DNA of 64,000 bases from NCBI GenBank assembly GCA_018812715.1, contig JAHJCT010000017.1:204019-268018 (forward strand). Reading direction: 5' to 3'. Both the position numbers and the translations under genes were made by a program. The notes under the pieces were generated by a model. That model saw only the letters and a list, made by a program, of their open reading frames with translations. It had not been told where the DNA came from and ran no database searches. Positions within the stretch are counted from its first letter, which is position 1. Every line of letters starts with the position of its first letter. Origin of the DNA: Candidatus Micrarchaeota archaeon. Lineage in GTDB: Archaea; Micrarchaeota; Micrarchaeia; Anstonellales; Bilamarchaeaceae. Shown piece by piece: positions 8,534-17,511 of the stretch.

Positions 8534-11500
8534 TAACGTTCCCCTCTTCTGCTAACATACTGCATGATATGATTACGCAGGCCATTTCTTGCAGTCCTTC
8601 TATCAACTTCTACACTTAAACCTTCTCCTTCACCACTTACAGTAAGTCCATATCCTTCACGTAATTGCATGTCTCTATCTATGGTGCTAGTAAGTAATCT
8701 GTACATCTCTGCTTTGATATCTGCTCTTACAACATCTCTTGCTCTTTCTCTTGTTTCAGCATCTTCTGAATTTATTTCAGGACCATATGCATTTACCATT
8801 GCCTGTGCATCCTCTGTTAATGTTCCATCATCGTTTCTAGCTTCAATCATTCTGTCTATTGTTCCATCCAACAATGGTGTTAATGTACTTTCTTCATTTG
8901 CATAAAATCTCTGTGCTTCAGGTGATAAAGTTGCTGGAGGTGCATGAACTTCTTCAACATCAATCTGATCCTCTCTTCTGGGAGTCATTACTTCAAATCC
9001 AGGCCGTCTAACATATTGTGCTTCAAATTCTTCTCCAACCGGCTCCACTGTTTCTTCTCTTGTTACAGTTCCTCTGCTTCTTTCTCTTTCTTCCCTGGCT
9101 TGTTCTTCAGCAGGTGTTGCTCCATCCCACCAGCCGTTTGATCTGTACACTGTAGCCCTGCGGTCTAGATATTCGTATATTTCAGTGTATCTTCCAGGTC
9201 CTGGGACAGTGCTATGTTGCGAAGCATCTTCTATTATTTCTAAAACATGCCCGCGGATATTGTCTCTGTGATCTAGCAGCCATCTCACAAAACCTAATCT
9301 TTCTTCATCTGATCTTTCTGCAATAAATGTAACTAAGTGTGCATTCTCAGGATCAAACAATCTTGGTTCCATATATCCAAGAACTGCTGAACCTACAAAG
9401 CCGCGTTGTCTTGCTGCTTCAACTGCTTCTCCTGGAGTTTCACTTTCTAATATTAATGCTGCAAGCTCTTGCGGATTTCCATAGATTGCGTCTCCTCCAA
9501 TAACTCTATTCTCTTCTCCGTATCTAATATCCTCAATATTAAATGCATTGAATGCAAGCAAGGCTTCATTATTTTCTCTATATTGATTGAGCAGTTGTTC
9601 ATATGTATCTCTGAATCCAGGATCAAGTGATGCCCTGACATCAAGCAATCCAAGGAATGAATTTTGTCTTATTCCTGTAACTGTTCCATCTTCTTCTATT
9701 ACTTCAATGTAAAGATTCTGTGATCTCAAATGTGCTTCAAGTACCTGATAGATATCTCTTTCACTAGTAACCTGTTGCCTTAATTCTGTTATCCTTCCTT
9801 CGCTTGTAAGATCATTCATTATATTATCTAAATATACACTGGGTATGTGTCCTCCTTGTACTGCTTCCCATAAGTAGGCAAATACATCTGTGTTTGAAGT
9901 AAGGAAATCTACTCTTTGTCCGCCTTCTCTTGTATATCTTCCGCTTTCCGCCTCCCCTTCACTGATCAAACCAGTATCTACACAGAATGCATCTGCAACT
10001 GCATCCCTGAAATCTATCACAAGTCCTCTTTCTCTCCATTGTGGTATACGCAGATCAAATAAATCCGTAATATCTACTTCTTCTTTTCTTTCTTGCGAAA
10101 GAATTCCTTGCACATCATCAACAGTCAATCCCCATGGTTCAAGGATTGCTGCAAGCTCTGCCTCTCTTCTATCTTCTGCATCTCCTCTCCTCATATCACT
10201 CAATAGATCATTTATGTCATCTAATCTTCCGCCCATCTCTCTTCCGTCAGCAACTATCTCTCCAAGTCTTCTTGGTTCTATTAGTATGTCTGTTCTTTGA
10301 AGCAATTGATTAAGATCTTCTACATTTCCAGGTCTCCTATCTCTACCTCTTGGAAGAGCATTGGGCATGTGGAAGAAGAATCGCCTCCCTTCTTCAGTTG
10401 CAAGCCATTCCAAATCTTCATCACTGGCTCCGGCACAAAGATTTCCAAAGTCTCTTTCGCATAGCCTTCTTCCTTCTTCAACTGATCCGGCACTATTAAG
10501 TGAATTGTACCATGGCAATAGAACATTATCCCACGCGTAATTTCCAATCACATACCAGGCTATAGCCTGCGGTATTAAGTAAGGAGAATTCCTTAATCCT
10601 GCTCTTATCCTCCCTCCCGGAACTGCATTTCTTATGGAATTAACAAATCTTCTTGCTCCCCAATTAGTGAGTGGTTCCCAATTGTTGAGAAATCTAAGAA
10701 TTCTCCATCCAATATTTATTGCATCGTCCCTTAATGGTCTTGTATCTCTTGCAAATACATCTGCAGCAGTGCTTGCTTGGTCTAAAACTTGATTTATTCT
10801 TGGTCTTAATGCATTTATTGCTGAAAATTCTTGTGCAAATGCCGGGTCTTGACTAATATTTCTTACAAAACCTTCTAACGGAGTTCTCATTTCTCTTGGC
10901 ACAAACTGTGGTTCTGCTCCTTCTACAGCTCTGCCTTGTTCCAATACATTCAATATCTCGTCTACAGTTCTATTATTTTGCACTGCATCTCTGTAAATCT
11001 CTGCAGCTTCCCTTCCATATCTTTCCCTTACTGCTCTTTCAACTTCAGGACTTCTCAGAATCTCAGTTAACACATCATTAACATTTCCACCTTGGGAACT
11101 ACGCTCAAGAAGAGTACGCCTAATTACATTTGTTACTGGTTCATCAGCTATTGGAATTTCTCTTATTCTTCCTTCCACACTGTTTTGAACTCCAGCCAAT
11201 TCGCGAACAAGCATCTGAGGCGGAATTATGTCACTACCTTCTAATCTAGGCAATAATGATGCTCTTTCCAGCGGCGTGTATTCAATTCCAAGCAATTCCT
11301 GTGTTCTTAAAAGCGGTGCCAATTCACCCCGTTGTGCTTCAATTGCCCTTATCATCACTTCTACATCATTTGCAGAAAATCCTTCACGTGCTTGCACTGC
11401 CATATAATCTTCAGGACTTATTCCAGCATTTCTTGCCCCGCTTTCAATTGTTCTTCCTGTTCTATTTAATATATCTCTAAGTACTGGATCTGTTTCAGCT

Positions 11501-14500
11501 AATGTTTCAAGTTGTGCCCTTACATTTGGCCTTGAGTATATGCGTCTTAATAAATTCCAATAGCCACTAGTCTCCCCTCTTGCCGTTTGTGCTGTGTCGT
11601 ATAAAGATTTCATGATATCTGCTATTCTCTGAGGACTAGAATTCAACAGGTTTTCAAGTTCTACTGCCTCTGTTCTTGCTGTTTGTGCTTCTTGCTCTGC
11701 AACCCTTATCTCTTCTGGTCTTGCCCCTCCTTCTCTAAGTTCTTCTACTCTGACTTCAAGTTCAGTAGCTCTTGTGCGTGCCCTACTTATTTCTAATTGT
11801 GCCAATTCAGGATCTAATACCATATCCAAAGTATTTCTAACTCCTTCGCCTGTTGTACTAAGTACTTCTTCAGCTTCAGGAAGTTCGGCCCTTGCATTTC
11901 TCTCTACTCTATCGCTTCTCCAATTTTGCCAGCGCTCTCTTCCAAATCTATACATTCGTTCAAAGCGTCCCCATCTTACTTCTGGTATTGGCCGAACTGG
12001 TCCACCACCTCCACCCTGGCCCCCACCAACGGTTGTATCAACAGGACCTATTCCTCCTTGTTGCACTCCTGGTGGCCTTGCTCCTCCCTCTTCAGCCATT
12101 GCTCTTACTTCAGGCATCTGCCTTATCATCATTGGACCTTCGCCTTCAACAAGATGAGGCCTGCGTGCCATTTCACTTGCAACAACATCTTCTATGTAAT
12201 AGTTGTAATCATTCACTGCCATTGCAACAGCTTCAGGTTCAAACATTGCTTCTATTTGTGATCTTGCATTTTCCAAAGCACGTTGTGAAAATGGAGTTGC
12301 TTCTCCAGTTTCAAAGTAATGCCTTACACTTGGATTCCTGATAAGTCCATCTATTATTTCTGCAACTTCAGGATTTTCTGCCCTTATATTCTCTAATGTT
12401 TGTTGTGCTGCAGCTCTATGAACTACATTTTCTCTTGCTGTTGTTCCTTCAGGTGTTAGCAATCCCTCAAGCAGCCAATCCAATCTTCCTGGCTGCAATG
12501 TTCCTGTGCTTTCAACTTCTGTTACTGGTCTTCCGCCTCTTGGCCCTGGCGTTGGAGGTTCTGGGCCTCTGAATATCATATCAATTACACTTGTCATATT
12601 TCCTCGTGCAAGTGGTGTCATTTCTCCTGTTACTAGGGCCTCTGGAACATGCATAAAGCTTGTATTTCCAATGCTGCCCGTCTCCATAAACTGCATTATT
12701 CTTCCTTGTACTTCCTCAGGCAGTGTTCTCAACCGTGCCTGTGCACCATCCCTTACAGTCGGGTCTTCACTTCTCAACTCTCTCATGAATTCAAACATTT
12801 CTTCTGGGGTTCGAAGTCTTTGTGCTTCTCTAACTGAAGGAATTTCATTAGGTTCTATTTCAATTGGAACCTCTCGCGGTTCCGGTGCCCTTATCTCTTC
12901 AGCTACAAGCTCAGTTTCTGTTCTTGCTTCTGTTGTTCCTCTTACTGGTCTGGCTCTCATAGCTTGCCATCCACGTGACCCTGCCATATGTGCCCATGGG
13001 AAAGCGGCCATTGCAGTTAGGAAAATTCCCTCCCGCATATTCCCTTCTGAAAAGGCATCAACTGCATGATATCCCATATATCCTGAGAAACCAACTCCAA
13101 TTCCAATGTTTGTATAATTAAGGGCTCTTACCACTTGTGTCATTCTAGTAGCATATGCAGTTCCTTGTGCAAACTGTGCTTCTGTACGTAAAACGCCTGC
13201 AAGTCCTCCGATACCCATAGTTGCTATTATCCCACCAAACATCAACCACGATGTCCAACTTGCTTCTCCTTGTACCCGGTATTCTGTAACTATCTGATCA
13301 AATGCCATAGTTGCAAAGAGCGACCCACCAAAAAGTTGTCCTCCAGGTACGAGACACGCTACAACCCCAACAGCAGTTAGTCCAACTGTAGTCCAAAATT
13401 GGTGGTCTGCTACTCGTTCCTGCATTCGATCTATGATTGCATTAGCATCATCAAATCTTCCCATGCCAACAAGGGCATATACATTGCCTTGATCGACAGC
13501 ATACTCTGCAAACATCTGGCTTCCTGAATCTGCAGGAATTGCGAATATTGATGCTTCAACAATTCTTGCACCATTCAAATCCAACTGCATTCTCTCTTGT
13601 GATCCAGACCCTCCTCTACCAAAGAGAATATAATGCATCGAATCTGTTTGCATTTCTCTGTAAGCATCCCAATAAGATCTATCTGGTTCGCTTCTCATAA
13701 ATTCTGCAAAATCTTCTGGGAAAAATATTGCCTCTCCTAATCGTTCTGCACCTTCAAGGAAGTTTTCAATACCTGTAGCAGTTAAATTCATCGCACTTCT
13801 TCCTTCATATGATGCCATAGCAGTTATCCTATGATCTATAGCAGCTTCATATGCTTCTTCAGCTTCCTGGAACCTTCCCTCCAAAATAAGATTTTGAGCT
13901 CTTTGCAAATCAGTATTACAATCTCTTAAATTATCTTCTGCTAAACTAAATCTATCTCCACCCCCAATTCTTATCATTCTTAGATATTCATCGTTTACTT
14001 CTATCTGCTGTCCTATCTGTGAATAAGCCATGGCTGCCCTGCTTTCTCCTTGCACTAATTCGAGCAGATAACTCATCACAGTTCCGCCTCTTAGCCCCTC
14101 TCCATATATTGGCAGATCATCTGTAGTATATTCTATCCCATCCATCTGTGTAAGCAGAGCATCTACTTCGGTAGAAAGATATATCACTTGCCTTAATCTT
14201 CCCATCTCAAGGTCTGATACTGCTCCAAATGTCTCTGGATGCTGTTCAATATAATCTGCCATTAAAGAAAGGCCATTGCTTGTTGTAGTAAATGCGCCTA
14301 CATCATGGCCATAATCCCATGCTGTTTGCCAAGCTCTTTCTCCTGTTGTTCCTCCTCCGCACATGTTTATGACATAAGCTCGGAATGCTTCAGTAAGTGC
14401 ATCATTTCCTTGCCTAAGTATTACTTCAGCATCTACTACTGTACTTCGTCTATGCACTCTTGTAGCAATTAATGACAATCGGTTCCAATATGTTTCACTT

Positions 14501-17097
14501 GCTTGTTCATATTCTCTTAAATTTCCACTAAAAGCCGCTTCTCTAAGTTCTTCAAGATCACTTCTTAAGCTATGCAATGGATAATCTCTGGCTATTGTTA
14601 AATCGCGCTCCCCATGACTTCTTTCATAACCTCTTATCTGTTCAGCAGTAACATATGCTGGAAATGTTCCATCCTCATTTCTTTCACCGAGTGGAATTTG
14701 TCCGGCTTCTACACCTTCTGCTATCGGCTCTCTTCCCCAGTAAATACCTGTTAATCTGTTATAATCAGCAATAAGCATTTCTGTTTGTACGATTCTTCTT
14801 GTTCCTCTATCAAACTGTTGTGCAGCTGCATAATGCTCTTCATCTGTTCCTGCATGCATTTCCATTTCTATTGCTTCAAGCATTATCCTTCTGCCTCTTC
14901 TGTATCCATATGGCACTTCTTCAGTTCCTTCTCGAATCATGCGTTCATGAGTAAATAGTTCATATCTCCAGCCTTCCTCTCTTCCTCCTTCAGCTGCACC
15001 ATAATAATCTCTTATATATTGCAGCAATAGATTTGCTCCCCGATAATCTCCAGCTTCGACTCTTTCTCTTACAATTCCTAATGCTTCATTTATTGTTGTT
15101 CTCCCAACTCCTCTTCTTTGTGCAAATGTCTCCAATCTGTTTGCTTCTGCTTCTATGTAAACTATCTGCGCTAAGTTGAAGCTTTCCATGAAGGCACCAT
15201 CATCACCTGGTTCGCCTTGTGCCATAGCCTGCAATTGTGTCTCCATTCCACTTAGGTGTATTGCATTTTCATCCGTAATTCTGGTGACTCTTCCATTGCT
15301 TACTACTCCAAGCCTTTGCACAGAATCAACATACATTGCAAGAAGTGTAAGTACTCTTGCTGCTTCTTGTGCATTCCCTTGTCTTGCAAGTTCTTCTGCA
15401 CGTTCAAGTGTTTGATTTACTATCCCTATCTGGAAAGTCATTCTTCTTGAACTCCAGTTTTCAATCAGTTCTCTGAATTGATCTGTTTCTCCTCTAACCT
15501 GGTGGTAAATCATTCCTATATTGAACTGCTCACTGGCATCTTCTCCTGCCATTTCACTTTGAAGTGCTTGTTCTATTGTTTCGCGTCCTTCCCAATCCCC
15601 CCAGCGATGCCCTTCATTTCTGTCATAATAAAATGAAATCATGTAAAGTAATCTTCTTGCTCCTTCGAAATCACCAAGCTTGAATCTTTCATCTGCAATG
15701 GCTGCTGCATTTCTGATAAGTTCTCTTCTCTCTTGCCCTCTTCTTCCTGTAATTGCTTGGAACCCTTCAATATCTACAAGCATGTGTGCCATGTCCATTT
15801 CAGTTGAATACTGTGCAAGCATTGATGAAGTAGGGCTTCTTCCTTCAATTATTATATTATATATTGTCTGATAACTCGGCAGATAATCTACTGCATGCCT
15901 ATCTAATTGTCTTGCAGACCGTTCAAGCAATCCTAAAGAAATGGCAAGTGCTGCAAGATTTCTATCTCCTCTTTGCAGTGCATCAAGTGCCTGTTGACCA
16001 TACCATTCCGGACTTTCTTCTGTTACTCTTCCTGTTCCACGTAAACTAGTAGCAATCATAGTCAGGTTTGCATCTCTTTCTTCTTCGCTTAATGGCATCT
16101 CTCTTCCAATTGTCATGAAATAGCTGGTTGTAATTCTTTCAAATTCCAACTGACCAATTATTTGTCCTTGTTCAAGTCTTCTGATTATTTCATCTAGTTC
16201 ATGCCTGAGATTTTCCATTTGCTGTCTCATCTGTTCATTTGTCTGTTGTTCTATTGCAAGTGCTATCTCATCTCTCCATTGGCTGAAGACTGTTGTGTTT
16301 ATCTCAGTCCATTGGTCCTTTATTGTTCCTATATTAGCTTCAAAAGACCAAAGCGATTGTCTATCTTCATGTTCCTGTTCACTAGTATACCCAATCCTTT
16401 GCCTCCCCTGGTTTCCTCTCTCCACTATAAAACCAAAGAGTGCATTTCTTTCCATTTCTACAGCTGAATTGTCGATATTGTAAATAGGAATATTCTCAAC
16501 GTACAATCTCCCTGCTTTTAGTACTGCCTCTGCTCTGCCGTGATTTGTTGTTGCAATATCTAATACAGAAGCTTCCAGGCTATCAAAAATAGTTTCAAGT
16601 GCATCTTCTGATTCCACGCCAGGAATCTGAATATTTTCAGGCATGCCCCCCGTTAGCATATGTAATTCTATATCAAATACATCTCCGACTGTTCTGAGCA
16701 TTGCCCTTGATCTTGTTATCATGTGGAATGATGCAGCAATGTTTCCTTCTCCACCAGTTGTTCTTGCATCATTTAATATCTGCTGAACTAAATCGAGTTC
16801 ATCCGTATACCTTTCTCCAAGTATTGGCAGTGCAGTTACTCTTAATCTCACTTGTTCCAATGTTTCTTCTGTTCTTTCTACTTCTGAATTAATGTATTCA
16901 ATAGTTGCATCATCAGGCCTGACAGTTAAGGTTCGCGCATGATCCTGGAGTGCACTAATCTCTCCAAGCACTTCATCCAATCCCTGTTCTAATTCTCTTC
17001 TTTGTTCATCCATTGCTTCTATTCTTGTTGGAATGATTGCAATTGGTAATCGTGTAATCTCCTCCTCTTCAGGTCTTTCTATTGTTGTTCCTCCCAT
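8533..17097 (-). CDS. giant protein B (2854 aa), unknown function, with a central multi-pass hydrophobic block and a conserved C-terminal domain
   Basis: Uninterrupted 8.5-kb ORF with ATG at 17097 and a strong SD. Helical TPR-like repeats (GDYRGANLLLQYIRDYY, GDFEGARRLLYMISFYY, GRFQEAEEAYEAAIDH). About 5 hydrophobic helices around aa 1235-1400. Trp-rich segment AIAWYVIGNYAWDNVLLPWY. C-terminal YRLLTS...YGLTVSGEGE domain shared with the 1463-aa protein. Confidence 0.9.
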   Translation of the reverse strand: MGGTTIERPEEEEITRLPIAIIPTRIEAMDEQRRELEQGLDEVLGEISALQDHARTLTVRPDDATIEYINSEVERTEETLEQVRLRVTALPILGERYTDELDLVQQILNDARTTGGEGNIAASFHMITRSRAMLRTVGDVFDIELHMLTGGMPENIQIPGVESEDALETIFDSLEASVLDIATTNHGRAEAVLKAGRLYVENIPIYNIDNSAVEMERNALFGFIVERGNQGRQRIGYTSEQEHEDRQSLWSFEANIGTIKDQWTEINTTVFSQWRDEIALAIEQQTNEQMRQQMENLRHELDEIIRRLEQGQIIGQLEFERITTSYFMTIGREMPLSEEERDANLTMIATSLRGTGRVTEESPEWYGQQALDALQRGDRNLAALAISLGLLERSARQLDRHAVDYLPSYQTIYNIIIEGRSPTSSMLAQYSTEMDMAHMLVDIEGFQAITGRRGQERRELIRNAAAIADERFKLGDFEGARRLLYMISFYYDRNEGHRWGDWEGRETIEQALQSEMAGEDASEQFNIGMIYHQVRGETDQFRELIENWSSRRMTFQIGIVNQTLERAEELARQGNAQEAARVLTLLAMYVDSVQRLGVVSNGRVTRITDENAIHLSGMETQLQAMAQGEPGDDGAFMESFNLAQIVYIEAEANRLETFAQRRGVGRTTINEALGIVRERVEAGDYRGANLLLQYIRDYYGAAEGGREEGWRYELFTHERMIREGTEEVPYGYRRGRRIMLEAIEMEMHAGTDEEHYAAAQQFDRGTRRIVQTEMLIADYNRLTGIYWGREPIAEGVEAGQIPLGERNEDGTFPAYVTAEQIRGYERSHGERDLTIARDYPLHSLRSDLEELREAAFSGNLREYEQASETYWNRLSLIATRVHRRSTVVDAEVILRQGNDALTEAFRAYVINMCGGGTTGERAWQTAWDYGHDVGAFTTTSNGLSLMADYIEQHPETFGAVSDLEMGRLRQVIYLSTEVDALLTQMDGIEYTTDDLPIYGEGLRGGTVMSYLLELVQGESRAAMAYSQIGQQIEVNDEYLRMIRIGGGDRFSLAEDNLRDCNTDLQRAQNLILEGRFQEAEEAYEAAIDHRITAMASYEGRSAMNLTATGIENFLEGAERLGEAIFFPEDFAEFMRSEPDRSYWDAYREMQTDSMHYILFGRGGSGSQERMQLDLNGARIVEASIFAIPADSGSQMFAEYAVDQGNVYALVGMGRFDDANAIIDRMQERVADHQFWTTVGLTAVGVVACLVPGGQLFGGSLFATMAFDQIVTEYRVQGEASWTSWLMFGGIIATMGIGGLAGVLRTEAQFAQGTAYATRMTQVVRALNYTNIGIGVGFSGYMGYHAVDAFSEGNMREGIFLTAMAAFPWAHMAGSRGWQAMRARPVRGTTEARTETELVAEEIRAPEPREVPIEIEPNEIPSVREAQRLRTPEEMFEFMRELRSEDPTVRDGAQARLRTLPEEVQGRIMQFMETGSIGNTSFMHVPEALVTGEMTPLARGNMTSVIDMIFRGPEPPTPGPRGGRPVTEVESTGTLQPGRLDWLLEGLLTPEGTTARENVVHRAAAQQTLENIRAENPEVAEIIDGLIRNPSVRHYFETGEATPFSQRALENARSQIEAMFEPEAVAMAVNDYNYYIEDVVASEMARRPHLVEGEGPMMIRQMPEVRAMAEEGGARPPGVQQGGIGPVDTTVGGGQGGGGGPVRPIPEVRWGRFERMYRFGRERWQNWRSDRVERNARAELPEAEEVLSTTGEGVRNTLDMVLDPELAQLEISRARTRATELEVRVEELREGGARPEEIRVAEQEAQTARTEAVELENLLNSSPQRIADIMKSLYDTAQTARGETSGYWNLLRRIYSRPNVRAQLETLAETDPVLRDILNRTGRTIESGARNAGISPEDYMAVQAREGFSANDVEVMIRAIEAQRGELAPLLRTQELLGIEYTPLERASLLPRLEGSDIIPPQMLVRELAGVQNSVEGRIREIPIADEPVTNVIRRTLLERSSQGGNVNDVLTEILRSPEVERAVRERYGREAAEIYRDAVQNNRTVDEILNVLEQGRAVEGAEPQFVPREMRTPLEGFVRNISQDPAFAQEFSAINALRPRINQVLDQASTAADVFARDTRPLRDDAINIGWRILRFLNNWEPLTNWGARRFVNSIRNAVPGGRIRAGLRNSPYLIPQAIAWYVIGNYAWDNVLLPWYNSLNSAGSVEEGRRLCERDFGNLCAGASDEDLEWLATEEGRRFFFHMPNALPRGRDRRPGNVEDLNQLLQRTDILIEPRRLGEIVADGREMGGRLDDINDLLSDMRRGDAEDRREAELAAILEPWGLTVDDVQGILSQERKEEVDITDLFDLRIPQWRERGLVIDFRDAVADAFCVDTGLISEGEAESGRYTREGGQRVDFLTSNTDVFAYLWEAVQGGHIPSVYLDNIMNDLTSEGRITELRQQVTSERDIYQVLEAHLRSQNLYIEVIEEDGTVTGIRQNSFLGLLDVRASLDPGFRDTYEQLLNQYRENNEALLAFNAFNIEDIRYGEENRVIGGDAIYGNPQELAALILESETPGEAVEAARQRGFVGSAVLGYMEPRLFDPENAHLVTFIAERSDEERLGFVRWLLDHRDNIRGHVLEIIEDASQHSTVPGPGRYTEIYEYLDRRATVYRSNGWWDGATPAEEQAREERERSRGTVTREETVEPVGEEFEAQYVRRPGFEVMTPRREDQIDVEEVHAPPATLSPEAQRFYANEESTLTPLLDGTIDRMIEARNDDGTLTEDAQAMVNAYGPEINSEDAETRERARDVVRADIKAEMYRLLTSTIDRDMQLREGYGLTVSGEGEGLSVEVDRRTARNGLRNHIMQYVSRRGER

Positions 17098-17101
17098 TTT
17101 T

Positions 17102-17108
17102 TCACCTC
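17102..17108 (-). promoter_or_regulatory. Shine-Dalgarno-like GAGGTGA upstream of the giant protein B start
   Basis: The minus strand reads GAGGTGAAAAAATG. The element overlaps the TGA of the preceding small ORF. Confidence 0.5.
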
Positions 17109-17421
17109 AAGTATATTCCTTACACATAAGTACAAAATCCTGCAGCCTCTCAAGTCTCGCCTTTTCATTATCTTTTCCTTTCACTGCTTTTTTCTGCCAT
17201 TCAACCAGCTCATCATGGAATTTTCTTATTTTTTCTATCTGTGGCTCCATACTCCTGCTTTTTACCTTTGAAGCCTCCCATTTTGCAAGGAATTTTTCTA
17301 TTACAGTAATAGTATGATTTACCCTGTTTATTGTATTTTTTTCAACAGAAGCAGCATCAGTCTTAACAGGTATTTTCTTCTTGGAGATTTTTTTCTTTTT
17401 TGAAGATTTTTTCTTAGCCAT
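17107..17421 (-). CDS. small Lys-rich protein (104 aa from the ATG), unknown function
   Basis: ATG at 17421 is preceded by AGGTG (the track start at 17430 is GTG). MAKKKSSKKKKISKKKIPVK N-terminus. Composition is typical of the host genome, unlike its giant neighbours. Confidence 0.5.
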   Translation of the reverse strand: MAKKKSSKKKKISKKKIPVKTDAASVEKNTINRVNHTITVIEKFLAKWEASKVKSRSMEPQIEKIRKFHDELVEWQKKAVKGKDNEKARLERLQDFVLMCKEYT

Positions 17422-17511
17422 CAGAAGCACCTAAAAATTTATGGCGCTCCAACTTTATAAATTTGTACTATTTCACATAGAATTAGAAAAATATTATAAA
17501 AAATAAAAGAA

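Noticed and set aside
9890-13069. Plus-strand ORFs of 111-187 aa (9890-10300, 11774-12157, 11892-12341, 12506-13069), with similar ones at 17990-18478 and 19826-20263, antisense to the giant genes.
   Set aside because: They lie entirely inside much longer, internally consistent minus-strand ORFs and encode Ser/Leu/Pro-rich low-complexity strings. These are typical shadow ORFs of a stop-poor antisense frame.
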